Part shown: piece by piece, positions 44,035-53,780 of the stretch
Layout: every line of letters begins with the position of its first letter
Numbering within the stretch: the stretch's first letter is position 1
Sequence record: SRR9188677_231
DNA: 64,000 bases
Reading direction: 5' to 3' (one strand)
Translations under genes and position numbers: made by a program
The notes under the pieces: model-generated
Database searches by the model: none
Seen by the model: the letters and a program-made list of their open reading frames with translations, nothing else
What the model was told of the DNA's origin: nothing

Positions 44035-44439
44035 TTACTCAGCTTTAGTCAATACAGCCAATTTGGATATGCCAACACGTTCCACTATCGCCATCACCTT
44101 TGCAACAGACCCGTAATTCACTTCATCGTCTGAACTCAGATGAAACACCTGTTCCGGACGTTGCTGGTAAATCGTTTTCAACTTGCTTTCAAGCTCGGTC
44201 AAGGGCACTTGGTCTTTATCCACGTAAACATCGCCTTTGGCGTCTACACTTAATGTCACAGGTTTAAGCTGGTCGGTAGGTTTGGTTGCAACCGTTTTAG
44301 GTAAATTCACGGAGATTGCATTGGTCATCACCGGGGCAGTCACAATAAATGCCACCAGCAATACCAACATCACATCCACTAATGGGGTTACGTTGATCTC
44401 ACTCAGGACGTCGTCGCCATCGCTTGAACTAAAAGACAT
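44035..44439 (-). CDS. exbD: ExbD/TolR biopolymer transport protein
   Basis: EINVTPLVDVMLVLL motif. Confidence 0.93.
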   Translation of the reverse strand: MSFSSSDGDDVLSEINVTPLVDVMLVLLVAFIVTAPVMTNAISVNLPKTVATKPTDQLKPVTLSVDAKGDVYVDKDQVPLTELESKLKTIYQQRPEQVFHLSSDDEVNYGSVAKVMAIVERVGISKLAVLTKAE

Positions 44440-45167
44440 TAAGCTATCGCTCCTTTCAGGTTACGCACTACATTAGCTTCTTGAGTTGTACTGCCAGTTT
44501 CAATACGTGGCTGGAAAGTCACGCGGCGGGATACTTTGATCAAGTCTGCGGCAAAATCATCCAGGTTGTCGCTGCTGGTCTTCAAGCGGCGCAGGAAGAA
44601 GTTATAGGCAAGCACCGCCGGCACCGCTACAGCAATACCAATTGCAGTCGCAATCAATGCCTCACCAATCGGGCCTGCAACGACTTCCAGGCTGGCAGAG
44701 CCCAGGCGGCTGATGTCAGTCAGCGCGTGCATAATGCCCCACACCGTACCAAACAGACCGACGAATGGCGCAGTACTACCAATACTAGCCAGCACTACCA
44801 GACCGGCTTCACGGATAAAACGCTCTTTTTTAATCTGCTGTTTTAACGCACGCTCCAGTACATCCTGGCGGTCACCGGAGTGCTGCAGATCACCACCAGC
44901 GCCTGATGAAGCATCAAACTCTTTCAGTGCATGAAAACCCACTTGGGCGACACGATAAGCAGGGCCTGCATGCCCTTCTAACTTAGAAGCGGCATTCAAA
45001 TCGGACGCAGACCAGAATGCGCCACGGAATTTAACGTTTTGACGGCGGATCAGCCACACCTGATAGGCCTTAATTAAAATCAAAACCCAGGTGAAAATTG
45101 AGCCGATGACTAATGCAATCAATACACCTTGTACGACTGCAGATGTTGATGAAGATACTTCTAACAT
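44439..45167 (-). CDS. exbB: ExbB/TolQ proton channel
   Basis: APFVGLFGTVWGIM and EALIATAIG motifs. Confidence 0.93.
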   Translation of the reverse strand: MLEVSSSTSAVVQGVLIALVIGSIFTWVLILIKAYQVWLIRRQNVKFRGAFWSASDLNAASKLEGHAGPAYRVAQVGFHALKEFDASSGAGGDLQHSGDRQDVLERALKQQIKKERFIREAGLVVLASIGSTAPFVGLFGTVWGIMHALTDISRLGSASLEVVAGPIGEALIATAIGIAVAVPAVLAYNFFLRRLKTSSDNLDDFAADLIKVSRRVTFQPRIETGSTTQEANVVRNLKGAIA

Positions 45168-45179
45168 AATCTAAATTCC

Positions 45180-46028
45180 TTATTGTTCAGGATTAAAAAT
45201 AATTGGCACAGTAGCCCAGCCATCGATAGGTGTGCTGCCACGCTTAGAGGGTACGAAAGTCCATTTCATGACAGTATTTACAGCCGCATCATCAAGTATT
45301 TTCTTACCGGTTGATTTTTTGACTGTTGCACTCTCAGGGGCTCCACTTGCCAACACTCGTACACGCAATATGACTGTTCCACCCCACCCGTTTCTTAATG
45401 CCGCACCGGGATAATCAGGTTTGGGGTTATTCAAATAGCCTGCGTTAGCAGAAGCTTCTGTTACAGGTTCTTCAACCTTGGGTGCAGGCGGTGCTGGTGG
45501 TGGCGCTACTTCAGGTATCGGTGCGCTTTTGTCCAGCGGACCGCTGGCTGCCATCACCGGCGCACTGGTTGCCTCTGCCTTGGTGTTTTCTTGCACAGTC
45601 AAATCAGTCGGCGCCACATTTTCAACCGCAGGCGCCGTTTTAAGTGCTGCGATGGGCTGGGGTGGCGGCGGTGCTACTTTCTGTACTTTTGGTGGCGGCG
45701 GAGGCGGTGGTGGCGGAGGCGGCTCTACCACCGGCGGTGGAATTTCAGGTTTGATAAACTCAATCGCCACCTCATGCTTAGGTTCAACAACCAAAGGAGG
45801 CTGCTCGTAATTAAGATATGCCCATACGGCAGCCAGGTGCAGTAAAACAATGCCTGTACCAGCCCAAATGTAAACACTCTTTTTTAGCTCGCCATCAAAC
45901 TGCAACCCTTGCTTGATAGCAATCCGTTCCAGTTTTGCAGCCAATTGTGCCGTTGGCTTTGCCAACTGGCTAAAAGTTTTGTCATCAAATGCATCAACTA
46001 CATAACGACTTAGTGAACTCGACATCAA
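45180..46028 (-). CDS. tonB: TonB energy transducer
   Basis: TM helix with LH, poly-Pro spacer, YP..A..G..GTV and LDDAA...W.F C-domain. Confidence 0.92.
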   Translation of the reverse strand: MMSSSLSRYVVDAFDDKTFSQLAKPTAQLAAKLERIAIKQGLQFDGELKKSVYIWAGTGIVLLHLAAVWAYLNYEQPPLVVEPKHEVAIEFIKPEIPPPVVEPPPPPPPPPPPKVQKVAPPPPQPIAALKTAPAVENVAPTDLTVQENTKAEATSAPVMAASGPLDKSAPIPEVAPPPAPPAPKVEEPVTEASANAGYLNNPKPDYPGAALRNGWGGTVILRVRVLASGAPESATVKKSTGKKILDDAAVNTVMKWTFVPSKRGSTPIDGWATVPIIFNPEQ

Positions 46029-46099
46029 TTATTCCCTTAAGCAAGCGTACATATGCATAATCTCTTGCTTTGTACATCCATGAAATATTGCTTTATATA

Positions 46100-46215
46100 T
46101 ACAATTTTTGTGCCAACATAAAAAACCATTAATATTCAATTGGTTAAGACATAAATCGCATTTCTTCCAATGGTTAACTGTCTCTGTAGAAACAACTACT
46201 GTTGCGTGGCAAACA
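46100..46215 (-). promoter_or_regulatory. Sigma-54 promoter 2 with paired enhancer sites
   Basis: TGGCAC-AAAAA-TTGTA at 46100-46115 (-12 is GT, not GC); TGT-N10-ACA at 46179-46194 and 46200-46215; IHF-like 46134-46146 (1 mismatch). Confidence 0.65.
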
Positions 46216-46230
46216 GTCCTCATGGCTACA

Positions 46231-46261
46231 AAAAAGCCACTCGTTGTTTTGAGTGGCTTTT
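46231..46261 (-). terminator. Intrinsic terminator after the sigma-54 activator gene
   Basis: aaaagccactc...gagtggctttt with a T-run on the minus strand. Confidence 0.7.
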
Positions 46262-46294
46262 CAAACGACTTGATTAAAAACTAGCAAAAGTTAA

Positions 46295-47425
46295 TTACTG
46301 GATAATGCCGTATTGCTTTAAATAAGCCCTTAACACATTACGGCTAATCCCCAGCACCCGCGCCGTTTGCACTTGGTTCTGGTGTGAATATTCATAAGCT
46401 TTGAGCACAATTCTTTTAACGCAATTCTCAAGCAATTCATCTGGCTCCAGTTTGATATATTCACGCAGCAAAGCATCCATCTGATCTTCAAGTGACAAAC
46501 TATTGCTTAACCCTGAGCCTGCAAGACTTTGCAAACTTGGCAAGTTCAAATCCGATGGCTTCAGCAATTTGCCGTCGCACACCAGTAATGCCCGGTGAAT
46601 GACATTTTCCAGTTCGCGGATATTTCCCGGCCATGGATAATCATTCATCAATTTAATTGTGTCTGATGTCAGCTGCGGCTTCACCGTATGCAAGCGATTG
46701 CGATAGACCTCCAGAAAATGTTCAACCAGAGGCAAAATATCCCCCTTACGATCTCGCAAAGGCGGGATCTCAATGGGGACCACTTTAATCCGGTAGTACA
46801 AGTCTTCCCTGAACCTGCCTGCATTCACGGCTTCCACCAGGTTCACATTGGTCGCAGCTATCAGCCGCACATCAATTGGAACCGGTTTTCGGGAACCTAT
46901 CGGCGTCACTTCACGCTCCTGTAAAACCCTGAGCAACTTCACCTGGGTGGAGAGAGGTAAATCTCCGATTTCATCCAGGAATAAAGTCCCGCCGTTGGCA
47001 GTCTCGAACCATCCTTTTTTGGAACCGACGGCGCCGGTAAACGCACCTCGCTCGTAACCGAATAATTCACTTTCAACCAATGTTTCTGAAAAGGCACCGC
47101 AATTGATGGCCGCAAATGGGCCCGCTTTTCTTGGGCTTAAATTATGGATATGTCTTGCTACCAACTCCTTGCCCGTCCCAGTTTCACCTTTAATCAAAGC
47201 AGTAGCATCACTTGGTGCTACCTTTTCAATCAAAGAAAGTAACTGTTTGGATTTCTCATCAGAATAAATGAGTGCGCTTGCTCTAACGGATAAACTTAAA
47301 CGTTGTGGATTGGGAAAAAGAACAATCTTGTCCTCTCCCGAAAGGTTTTCATCAAACTCGGATGCTGTCCATACTCCCTCGCCCGCATTGTCACGATCAT
47401 TTCTCGCCATTTGTGTATCCGTCAC
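46295..47425 (-). CDS. Sigma-54-dependent activator (bEBP), SfnR-like, lacking an N-terminal sensor domain
   Basis: GETGTGKE, GAFTGA, FLDEIG, FREDLYYR, WPGNIREL, Fis-type HTH (NQVQTARVLGISRNVLR); short N-terminus LSLSVRASALIYSD resembles SfnR-type activators. Confidence 0.9.
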   Translation of the reverse strand: MTDTQMARNDRDNAGEGVWTASEFDENLSGEDKIVLFPNPQRLSLSVRASALIYSDEKSKQLLSLIEKVAPSDATALIKGETGTGKELVARHIHNLSPRKAGPFAAINCGAFSETLVESELFGYERGAFTGAVGSKKGWFETANGGTLFLDEIGDLPLSTQVKLLRVLQEREVTPIGSRKPVPIDVRLIAATNVNLVEAVNAGRFREDLYYRIKVVPIEIPPLRDRKGDILPLVEHFLEVYRNRLHTVKPQLTSDTIKLMNDYPWPGNIRELENVIHRALLVCDGKLLKPSDLNLPSLQSLAGSGLSNSLSLEDQMDALLREYIKLEPDELLENCVKRIVLKAYEYSHQNQVQTARVLGISRNVLRAYLKQYGIIQ

Positions 47426-47535
47426 GTGGTATTTATTTTCAAAAACGTGAAAGATACGCTTGCTACATAATAATTACAAATAACATTTTGTCATTCATTT
47501 ATATCAAATAGTTATTAAAAAATCGGCAATTCTAC

Positions 47536-47664
47536 TGCTGGCACTGCAACAGTTCTGAATAGGCAATTGCTGCGAAATCAACAGAGGCAACATTTAAATA
47601 AAAAACACAAAGCATACAAGCCATTGATTAAAAGAGTTTTTAATAAGGTGGCACACATTCTGCT
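47536..47664 (+). promoter_or_regulatory. Sigma-54 promoter 3 with paired enhancer sites
   Basis: TGC-N10-ACA at 47536-47551 and 47568-47583; exact IHF consensus 47617-47629 (minus strand); TGGCAC-ACATT-CTGCT at 47649-47664. Confidence 0.8.
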
Positions 47665-47752
47665 ATGAATCGGGTACTATAGGCGCCTACCCTATTTATA
47701 TAGGCCACCCCCCTATAAAATAACTGTATTTATAACTAGAAAGAATTGATTC

Positions 47753-49885
47753 ATGTCACGCCGAGCTAAGCCCTCATATTCGTATTTATCTGCATTATTT
47801 TTATCACTGGCAGCTTTAACAGAATTTCAACAAGCAATGGCTGCTGAAGAGGAGTTACCTGCTGTTGAAGTGAAAGGTAAACAAGAACAAGAGTCGTCTA
47901 TTAATTTGAAAGCTAAAACCAGTACTGGTAGCCGCCTTGGATTAACCAATCTGGAAACCCCCGCCAGCGTAGAAACACTGGATGCCGAGACAGTGAAACT
48001 TCGCGGCGATTTCAGCATACGCGAAGCTGTTTCCCGAACTACTGGTTTCACAGATATTAGCAACCTGGGCACCGGTGTTGCTTACTCTGCCCGTGGCTTC
48101 ACCGGCAACAACTCAGTAGCCCAGGCAGAAGATGGGATACGTTTGCTAGTCGCGGCTACGACCATCACCTACCCCTCCGATAGTTGGGGCTATGACAGAT
48201 TCGAAGTATTGCGTGGCCCGGCATCAGTACTGTTCGGTGACGCTTCAGTCGGCGGCATTGTGAACAGCATCCGCAAAGCACCAAACCGCGAATTTTCATT
48301 GCAAGGCCTGGTGAGTGGTGGCACACAAGGCGCCTATCGTTTAGGGATAGGCGGCACAGCACCAGTGGGTGAAGTAGCCGCCGTACGTATTGATGCATCG
48401 GCTTCGGGCGGTCAGGGACATGTGGATGATGGACGTTATTACAGTCACAAGCTAATGACTAATTTTGAGATCAAGCCAAGTGATACGCTCAAGCTGAACT
48501 TTATCTATGATCATAGTGATGAAAATCCTATGAATTACACTGGCATCCCATTAAAGAATGGCCGGATTAAAAGTGAGCTGCGTGACGAGAATTACAATGT
48601 AGACAATGCTATTCAAGAATTCCTGGATGACAGATTGAAAGCCAAGTTGGAATGGGATATTTCAGACTCTTTGAAACTTACTAACACAGCGTACTGGTTT
48701 AACTCACGCAGGCATTGGCGTGGAGTTGAATTGTACGCTTTAGGCGCTACTCCTAATACCGTCAACAGGAACACTTATACCGAGATACAGCACAAACAAA
48801 GGCAACTGGGTAACCAGACTATTCTCGCCGGCACGAGTGAGCTTTGGAATCATGAAAACAAATGGTCTGTTGGCTATGAAGTTGCTCGAGTTGATTTCCA
48901 GTATTTTGACAACTTCTACCTGGGCAATGACCCGAGTAGTACGGTTGATATTAGCAACAGCAATCCTGGCTTGTTTCAAACCATAGACCCAACGCTAAAG
49001 GAATTTACCTCCAAGACAGTGCAACAAGCCTTGTTTGTAGAAGACGCTTTTCGCATTACGCCTGACCTAACCTTAAGTGCAGGTCTTCGCCAAGACTGGA
49101 TCGACCTTGATCATACTGCCACCCTTCCTTACAGAACCACTGATTACAACAAGCAGTTCTCCCCCTTCTCATTCCGTCTGGGTGCTACTTACTTGTTCTC
49201 ACCGAACACATCACTATATGGTCAATGGAGTCAAGGTTCTGACCCTGTCTCTACGATTGTTAGCACACGTTCAAACAATCGCAACTTTAAACTTACCTCG
49301 GCAGAGCAGACTGAAATTGGTATCAAGCATGTGCTCGAGAATCGGAAAGGCGAGTTTACTGTGGCTATCTACGATATCAGCAAGGATGATATTCTCACGC
49401 GTGATCCCAGCAACCCAACGCAGACGGTACAGGGTGGTAAGCAATCATCCAGGGGCATAGAGTTTTCTGCTTTATTATTACCGCTTGATCATTGGCGCAC
49501 AGACTTTAACCTTGCTATTCTGGATGCTCAATATGACGAATTGCGTGAAGGTAGTGCGGGTATTTCGCGTGCAGGCAACACCCCAGTTGATGTTCCGGAG
49601 CGTGTAGCTAATGCGTGGGTCTATTACCAGCAACCATTGTGGCAAGCCGGACTAGGTGCACGTTTCGTTGGTGAACGTTATTCGAATAATGCCAATACGA
49701 CAAAATTGCCTGGCTATACCGTTTATGACGCTAATGTAGCTTGGCACATTAATAAAAATATCACACTGCGTGGCAGCATCCGCAATTTGACCAATAAGTT
49801 GTATGCGGCTGTCTCTTACGATACCGAGCAGTTTCTCATTGGTGAATCTCGCCGTGCCGAAATTAGAGGCGAGTTTAACTTTTAA
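47753..49885 (+). CDS. TonB-dependent receptor (siderophore-receptor-like)
   Basis: ETPASVE, RFEVLRGPASVLFG and RNLTNKLY motifs; terminal Phe. Confidence 0.92.
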   Translation: MSRRAKPSYSYLSALFLSLAALTEFQQAMAAEEELPAVEVKGKQEQESSINLKAKTSTGSRLGLTNLETPASVETLDAETVKLRGDFSIREAVSRTTGFTDISNLGTGVAYSARGFTGNNSVAQAEDGIRLLVAATTITYPSDSWGYDRFEVLRGPASVLFGDASVGGIVNSIRKAPNREFSLQGLVSGGTQGAYRLGIGGTAPVGEVAAVRIDASASGGQGHVDDGRYYSHKLMTNFEIKPSDTLKLNFIYDHSDENPMNYTGIPLKNGRIKSELRDENYNVDNAIQEFLDDRLKAKLEWDISDSLKLTNTAYWFNSRRHWRGVELYALGATPNTVNRNTYTEIQHKQRQLGNQTILAGTSELWNHENKWSVGYEVARVDFQYFDNFYLGNDPSSTVDISNSNPGLFQTIDPTLKEFTSKTVQQALFVEDAFRITPDLTLSAGLRQDWIDLDHTATLPYRTTDYNKQFSPFSFRLGATYLFSPNTSLYGQWSQGSDPVSTIVSTRSNNRNFKLTSAEQTEIGIKHVLENRKGEFTVAIYDISKDDILTRDPSNPTQTVQGGKQSSRGIEFSALLLPLDHWRTDFNLAILDAQYDELREGSAGISRAGNTPVDVPERVANAWVYYQQPLWQAGLGARFVGERYSNNANTTKLPGYTVYDANVAWHINKNITLRGSIRNLTNKLYAAVSYDTEQFLIGESRRAEIRGEFNF

Positions 49886-49908
49886 GCAAGCATCTTGAGT
49901 TAGTTGTT

Positions 49909-51327
49909 TTGCGATATCTGTATCTTACCCATCGATGGCTGGGCCTTATTCTTGGCCCACTCGTCGTGCTCTGGCTGTTATCCGGGGTAGTGATGTTATT
50001 TGTCAGCTACCCCTCTCTCACAAATGAAGAACAGCTGGATCACCTGCAGACATTACAGCGCGACTTAGTAAAGGTTTCACCCGAAACTGCCTGGCATTCA
50101 ATTTCTGGACAATCTCTAGAGACAACTCCCAAAAAAATCCAGCTGGAGATGCAACAAAGCCGGCCGGTATACTATTTTTTAAAAGATCACTGGCGTGCGG
50201 TCTGGGCCGACTCCGCGAGTAGAGTTGTCATTGATCGTGAGATGGCTATCCGAAATGCACTGGCTTTCCAACCAGCGGAACACGTTAGTAAAGTGAGTTT
50301 GATTGCACTTGATCAGTGGTCTTTTTCCGGCAGGCTGAATCCACACCGCCCGCTTTATAAAGTTTCGCTCGATAACGACAGCAAGTCAGAAATATATATA
50401 TCCAGCCGTACGGGCCAGGTTGTGCTTGAAACCAGCCGGCATGAAAGATTCTGGAACTGGCTGGGTTCAATCACCCACTGGGTTTACTTCACAGAGTTGC
50501 GCGCTAACAGAGAGGTCTGGCGGCAGGTGATTTTGTGGCCCGCCGGTTTTGCTATTGCGTTATCGGCGATTGGCATCTGGATAGGCATATTAAGAATGCG
50601 GCTGGCTTCACGTTATAGCCGAAATCGGCATACCCCCTATCGCGGCCTTATGCGTATACATCATGTTGCCGGTTATGCACTGGGATTGATTTTATTTACC
50701 TGGTTATTCAGCGGCTGGCTTTCGATGACACCGCTAAACTGGCTGTCTGACCGCAGTTTATCCGATCAAGAATTACATAACTGGCAAGGCCAGCCGGTTT
50801 CTTTAGATGATTACCGACTACCAGACCATTTTTCAGCCGAAACAAAACTCGTTGAATGGACCTCATTTTCAGGAAAGGTAGGTATCATTAGCCATCTTTT
50901 GGATAAGACCCAAAGGATAGACGCGGTGAGCGGCAATGCATTGCCTGCATACACACTGCAACAATTACAGGCAGCTGTCAGGGATTTACAAACAGCATCT
51001 CTGACATCTATCGAATGGCTCCCTGAACAAGGAGACGCCTATTACACACCGGAAAACAAGCACCTTCCTATCGTGCGCGCCAGTTTTGCGGGTGATTCTA
51101 ATGTGAGCTATTACATCAATGCAGTCACAGGGGAAATCGTTTCCAGCCAGGATACACGTAGCCGATCTTATCGATGGCTGTTTACGGCACTGCACACATG
51201 GAACTTCCCGGGGATTGAACCGCAATTCTGGCGCAGGCTGTTAATAATTCTGCTATCTATCGCCGGGCTGGCTATTAGTCTGACTGGCCTTTACTATGGC
51301 TTTAAACGTTTGGCATTGCAGCGTTAA
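49909..51327 (+). CDS. PepSY-associated TM helix protein
   Basis: HRWLG, HWVYF, HHVAG and LHTW His-bearing helices; YISSRTG and YINAVTG PepSY repeats. Confidence 0.85.
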   Translation: MRYLYLTHRWLGLILGPLVVLWLLSGVVMLFVSYPSLTNEEQLDHLQTLQRDLVKVSPETAWHSISGQSLETTPKKIQLEMQQSRPVYYFLKDHWRAVWADSASRVVIDREMAIRNALAFQPAEHVSKVSLIALDQWSFSGRLNPHRPLYKVSLDNDSKSEIYISSRTGQVVLETSRHERFWNWLGSITHWVYFTELRANREVWRQVILWPAGFAIALSAIGIWIGILRMRLASRYSRNRHTPYRGLMRIHHVAGYALGLILFTWLFSGWLSMTPLNWLSDRSLSDQELHNWQGQPVSLDDYRLPDHFSAETKLVEWTSFSGKVGIISHLLDKTQRIDAVSGNALPAYTLQQLQAAVRDLQTASLTSIEWLPEQGDAYYTPENKHLPIVRASFAGDSNVSYYINAVTGEIVSSQDTRSRSYRWLFTALHTWNFPGIEPQFWRRLLIILLSIAGLAISLTGLYYGFKRLALQR

Positions 51328-51329
51328 AC

Positions 51330-51902
51330 CTAATAATGATTGCGGCGCAACTCAGAAGGAATATAACTCCATTTGGGAATCCACAGCAAAGCGATTAAAG
51401 ACCCTATCGCCCCTGCTATCGCAATCAATATCATAGCCGGATGCTCAACAATCTGCTCCGGATAAATACTGACAAACGCGCCCAAGCCGATGGCATTTCC
51501 TCCTGCTACTAACACTGCCGCGGCATAATCATGAAAACGGCGGGCCTTGTTGGCCCCCATCGCCCATTTCGGATCAGTATTATAGCTTGGCATATGCGTA
51601 TGGGCATTATCCAGCTTCTCAAGCTCGGACAGGAAACTGCGCAAATTGGTTATTGCTCGTTCTGATTTGTAATCCAGGAATGCGAGACTAGTGGAAGCCA
51701 CGGGGAATCCAAGCACCAACCATTCTATTGGTAAAGGGTAACTCGCTGCACCAGAAGGTTTAAGTGCCACCAGGGCTGCAAGCAAACTGACTGTCAGCGT
51801 CACATACAGGGTCAGGGCCTGCTGCCGTTGCGTAATGCGGGCATTCACCTCTTGCGAAGCAGAAATAAACCGGTAATTGGCATCCACGATATTTTTTGAC
51901 AT
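51330..51902 (-). CDS. Hypothetical membrane protein (about 4 TM)
   Basis: 190-aa ORF with hydrophobic helices and a GGAG RBS. Confidence 0.65.
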   Translation of the reverse strand: MSKNIVDANYRFISASQEVNARITQRQQALTLYVTLTVSLLAALVALKPSGAASYPLPIEWLVLGFPVASTSLAFLDYKSERAITNLRSFLSELEKLDNAHTHMPSYNTDPKWAMGANKARRFHDYAAAVLVAGGNAIGLGAFVSIYPEQIVEHPAMILIAIAGAIGSLIALLWIPKWSYIPSELRRNHY

Positions 51903-51957
51903 GGTATTGACTCCGCTTTAACAGTGGGTTCATCAATGAGTTTAGCTGAAACAAAAA

Positions 51958-51998
51958 AACCGGAATAGCCTTCTGAAAAAGCAGAAGCTATTCCGGTT
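51958..51998 (-). terminator. Intrinsic terminator after the cytochrome c lipoprotein gene
   Basis: aaccggaatagc...gctattccggtt followed by a T7 run on the minus strand. Confidence 0.75.
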
Positions 51999-52016
51999 GA
52001 GCCAATCAGTGAATTG

Positions 52017-52631
52017 CTAACTTACATCTGCAAGCTTGATTAAACGTGCGAATAGCCCTGACTCAGCCTGACCTAATGGCTTCCATGAAACAGGGCGCTT
52101 ATCATTCGGGTACCAATAGGCAGAGTGGCAAGCTTCACAAGCTTTTTCTATACCCTCGCCAGCTTTAAGCAAAGCCTCAGGATTTTTCTCATCAATTGCG
52201 ATTAGCGCAATTTTGGTTGCTTCCTGCAGCCCCTGAGCTTTTAAGGCAAAATCAGCGTGATTATTGCGGATAAGCTCCTCAATCTTTTTGGGGTCCTCTT
52301 CAACAGGGTGTATGGAAGTACTGGCCCCGGTCACCGCAACCTGCCGGTCAGGGATCTGCAATAAATTACCTGCCTCTATCAACGCAATGGCATGCTGCCT
52401 GAGTACAGCCCACTCTGCATCTGTAGCAGGTGCTTTTTCCTCAACCCCCTCTTTTGTGACCGTAGTGGAGACGGAATTCCAGATAGGATCCACATGAGGG
52501 TCAATCACCGAAAGCATCAGCTCCTGCAAGGTGCCAAATGGCTTGATGCCGTCCGGAATTTCTGTTGTTTGTTTACTGCACGCAGTAATCACCAGATAAA
52601 ACGTGGTTAAAAACACTACCTTTACATTCAT
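52017..52631 (-). CDS. Lipoprotein cytochrome c, helical-bundle (c'-like)
   Basis: Lipobox ITAC; single C-terminal CEACH heme-attachment motif. Confidence 0.8.
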   Translation of the reverse strand: MNVKVVFLTTFYLVITACSKQTTEIPDGIKPFGTLQELMLSVIDPHVDPIWNSVSTTVTKEGVEEKAPATDAEWAVLRQHAIALIEAGNLLQIPDRQVAVTGASTSIHPVEEDPKKIEELIRNNHADFALKAQGLQEATKIALIAIDEKNPEALLKAGEGIEKACEACHSAYWYPNDKRPVSWKPLGQAESGLFARLIKLADVS

Positions 52632-52662
52632 GTATAAACTTGCTTTCTATTGCGATTGGAGT

Positions 52663-53139
52663 CTAATTCAAAAAACCGATTGCACGTCCTGCAAATGCAA
52701 CCCCAAACCACAGGGTGAGGCTCAGTATTGCTGCGGATATTGCGACCACAGGTTTTGGATTCTCTTTACGCGTCACCAGCCTTGTGATCGTGAAATGCAC
52801 TACCAGTACCGCGGCCAGCAGATAGAACTTCAGCCAGAATGCAGGATTCGGGTAATACAATGAAGCGCTGGGCAGAAGAATAAACAAGCCGGATATGGCA
52901 ACCAGTACCAATCCAGCCAGGATCAAGGGATTAGTGACTTTAGCCAGGTAAGGAATGGGTTGATTGCGCAATCCAAACCCAATCAGGCGCAGGTTTACGA
53001 TTAATACGGCAGTTAAAATCAGCAGGAATCCCAGTATGTGAAACAGTTGTGCAACTGCACCGGCAAATGCATTCAGCTGCGAAATATACAGGCTTACCTG
53101 ATTGGTTTGAAGTTCATTAAAAAAAGCTTCTGTGGTCAT
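52663..53139 (-). CDS. DUF6644-like four-TM protein
   Basis: FHILG...NLRLIG, SG, NPAFWLK, W...GRAIG; start placed at MTTEAFF; paralog of the next gene. Confidence 0.75.
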   Translation of the reverse strand: MTTEAFFNELQTNQVSLYISQLNAFAGAVAQLFHILGFLLILTAVLIVNLRLIGFGLRNQPIPYLAKVTNPLILAGLVLVAISGLFILLPSASLYYPNPAFWLKFYLLAAVLVVHFTITRLVTRKENPKPVVAISAAILSLTLWFGVAFAGRAIGFLN

Positions 53140-53164
53140 GATCTGGTTCTCGCAATTACTTAGA

Positions 53165-53674
53165 TTAGAATCTGGATTGGGTTGCTTCAAGGTATGGAAT
53201 CAATCGCCCCAAAATAACGACGCCGCTCCATGAAATCAGCGAAACCCAGCCTGCCAGCTTGGCGCCTGCCGGAAATTGAGCCTGCTGACCCCATACTTGT
53301 ACAGTCCTGCCAAACTTCAGTTCAAACCAAAGTGCATTGAAACCGGCGACCACAATGAGTGCCAGTTTGAGTGGGAAAACCGGTATTTCCCAGATACGCG
53401 GGCCTTCAGCCCATAACAAAATAATGCCGGTGACAAAGGTAATCAGGAACCCCACCAACACATAAGGCCTGAAATTATGCAGCACTTCATTGACGGGCAC
53501 TTGCTTGAGGAATACCCCAATCAATCGTAGATCAGTTGCTATAATCAAGCCCACCGATAGTGCCAGCCCGATCAAATGAATGCCTTCCAGCAACGGAAAC
53601 AGATACAGTGATTCGCGCACACTGGTACCAAACTCTGAGTCATGCAGAATTTGTAGAAATTGAATAATGGTCAT
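53165..53674 (-). CDS. DUF6644-like four-TM protein
   Basis: EGIHLIG...DLRLIG, TG, F.LK, W...GRLIPY. Confidence 0.75.
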   Translation of the reverse strand: MTIIQFLQILHDSEFGTSVRESLYLFPLLEGIHLIGLALSVGLIIATDLRLIGVFLKQVPVNEVLHNFRPYVLVGFLITFVTGIILLWAEGPRIWEIPVFPLKLALIVVAGFNALWFELKFGRTVQVWGQQAQFPAGAKLAGWVSLISWSGVVILGRLIPYLEATQSRF

Positions 53675-53780
53675 GAATGTCCCTAAAAATAGTAGCTGTT
53701 ACGATTAGGCCCAAATCTCAGTATTTAGTAGCAATCATCCGCTTCAACACTTGTTTTATAGGCTTATCCCCTATGGCTAT

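Noticed and set aside
45478-45845. Gly-rich and Arg/Trp-rich plus-strand ORFs
   Set aside because: Antisense shadows of the TonB poly-proline tract.
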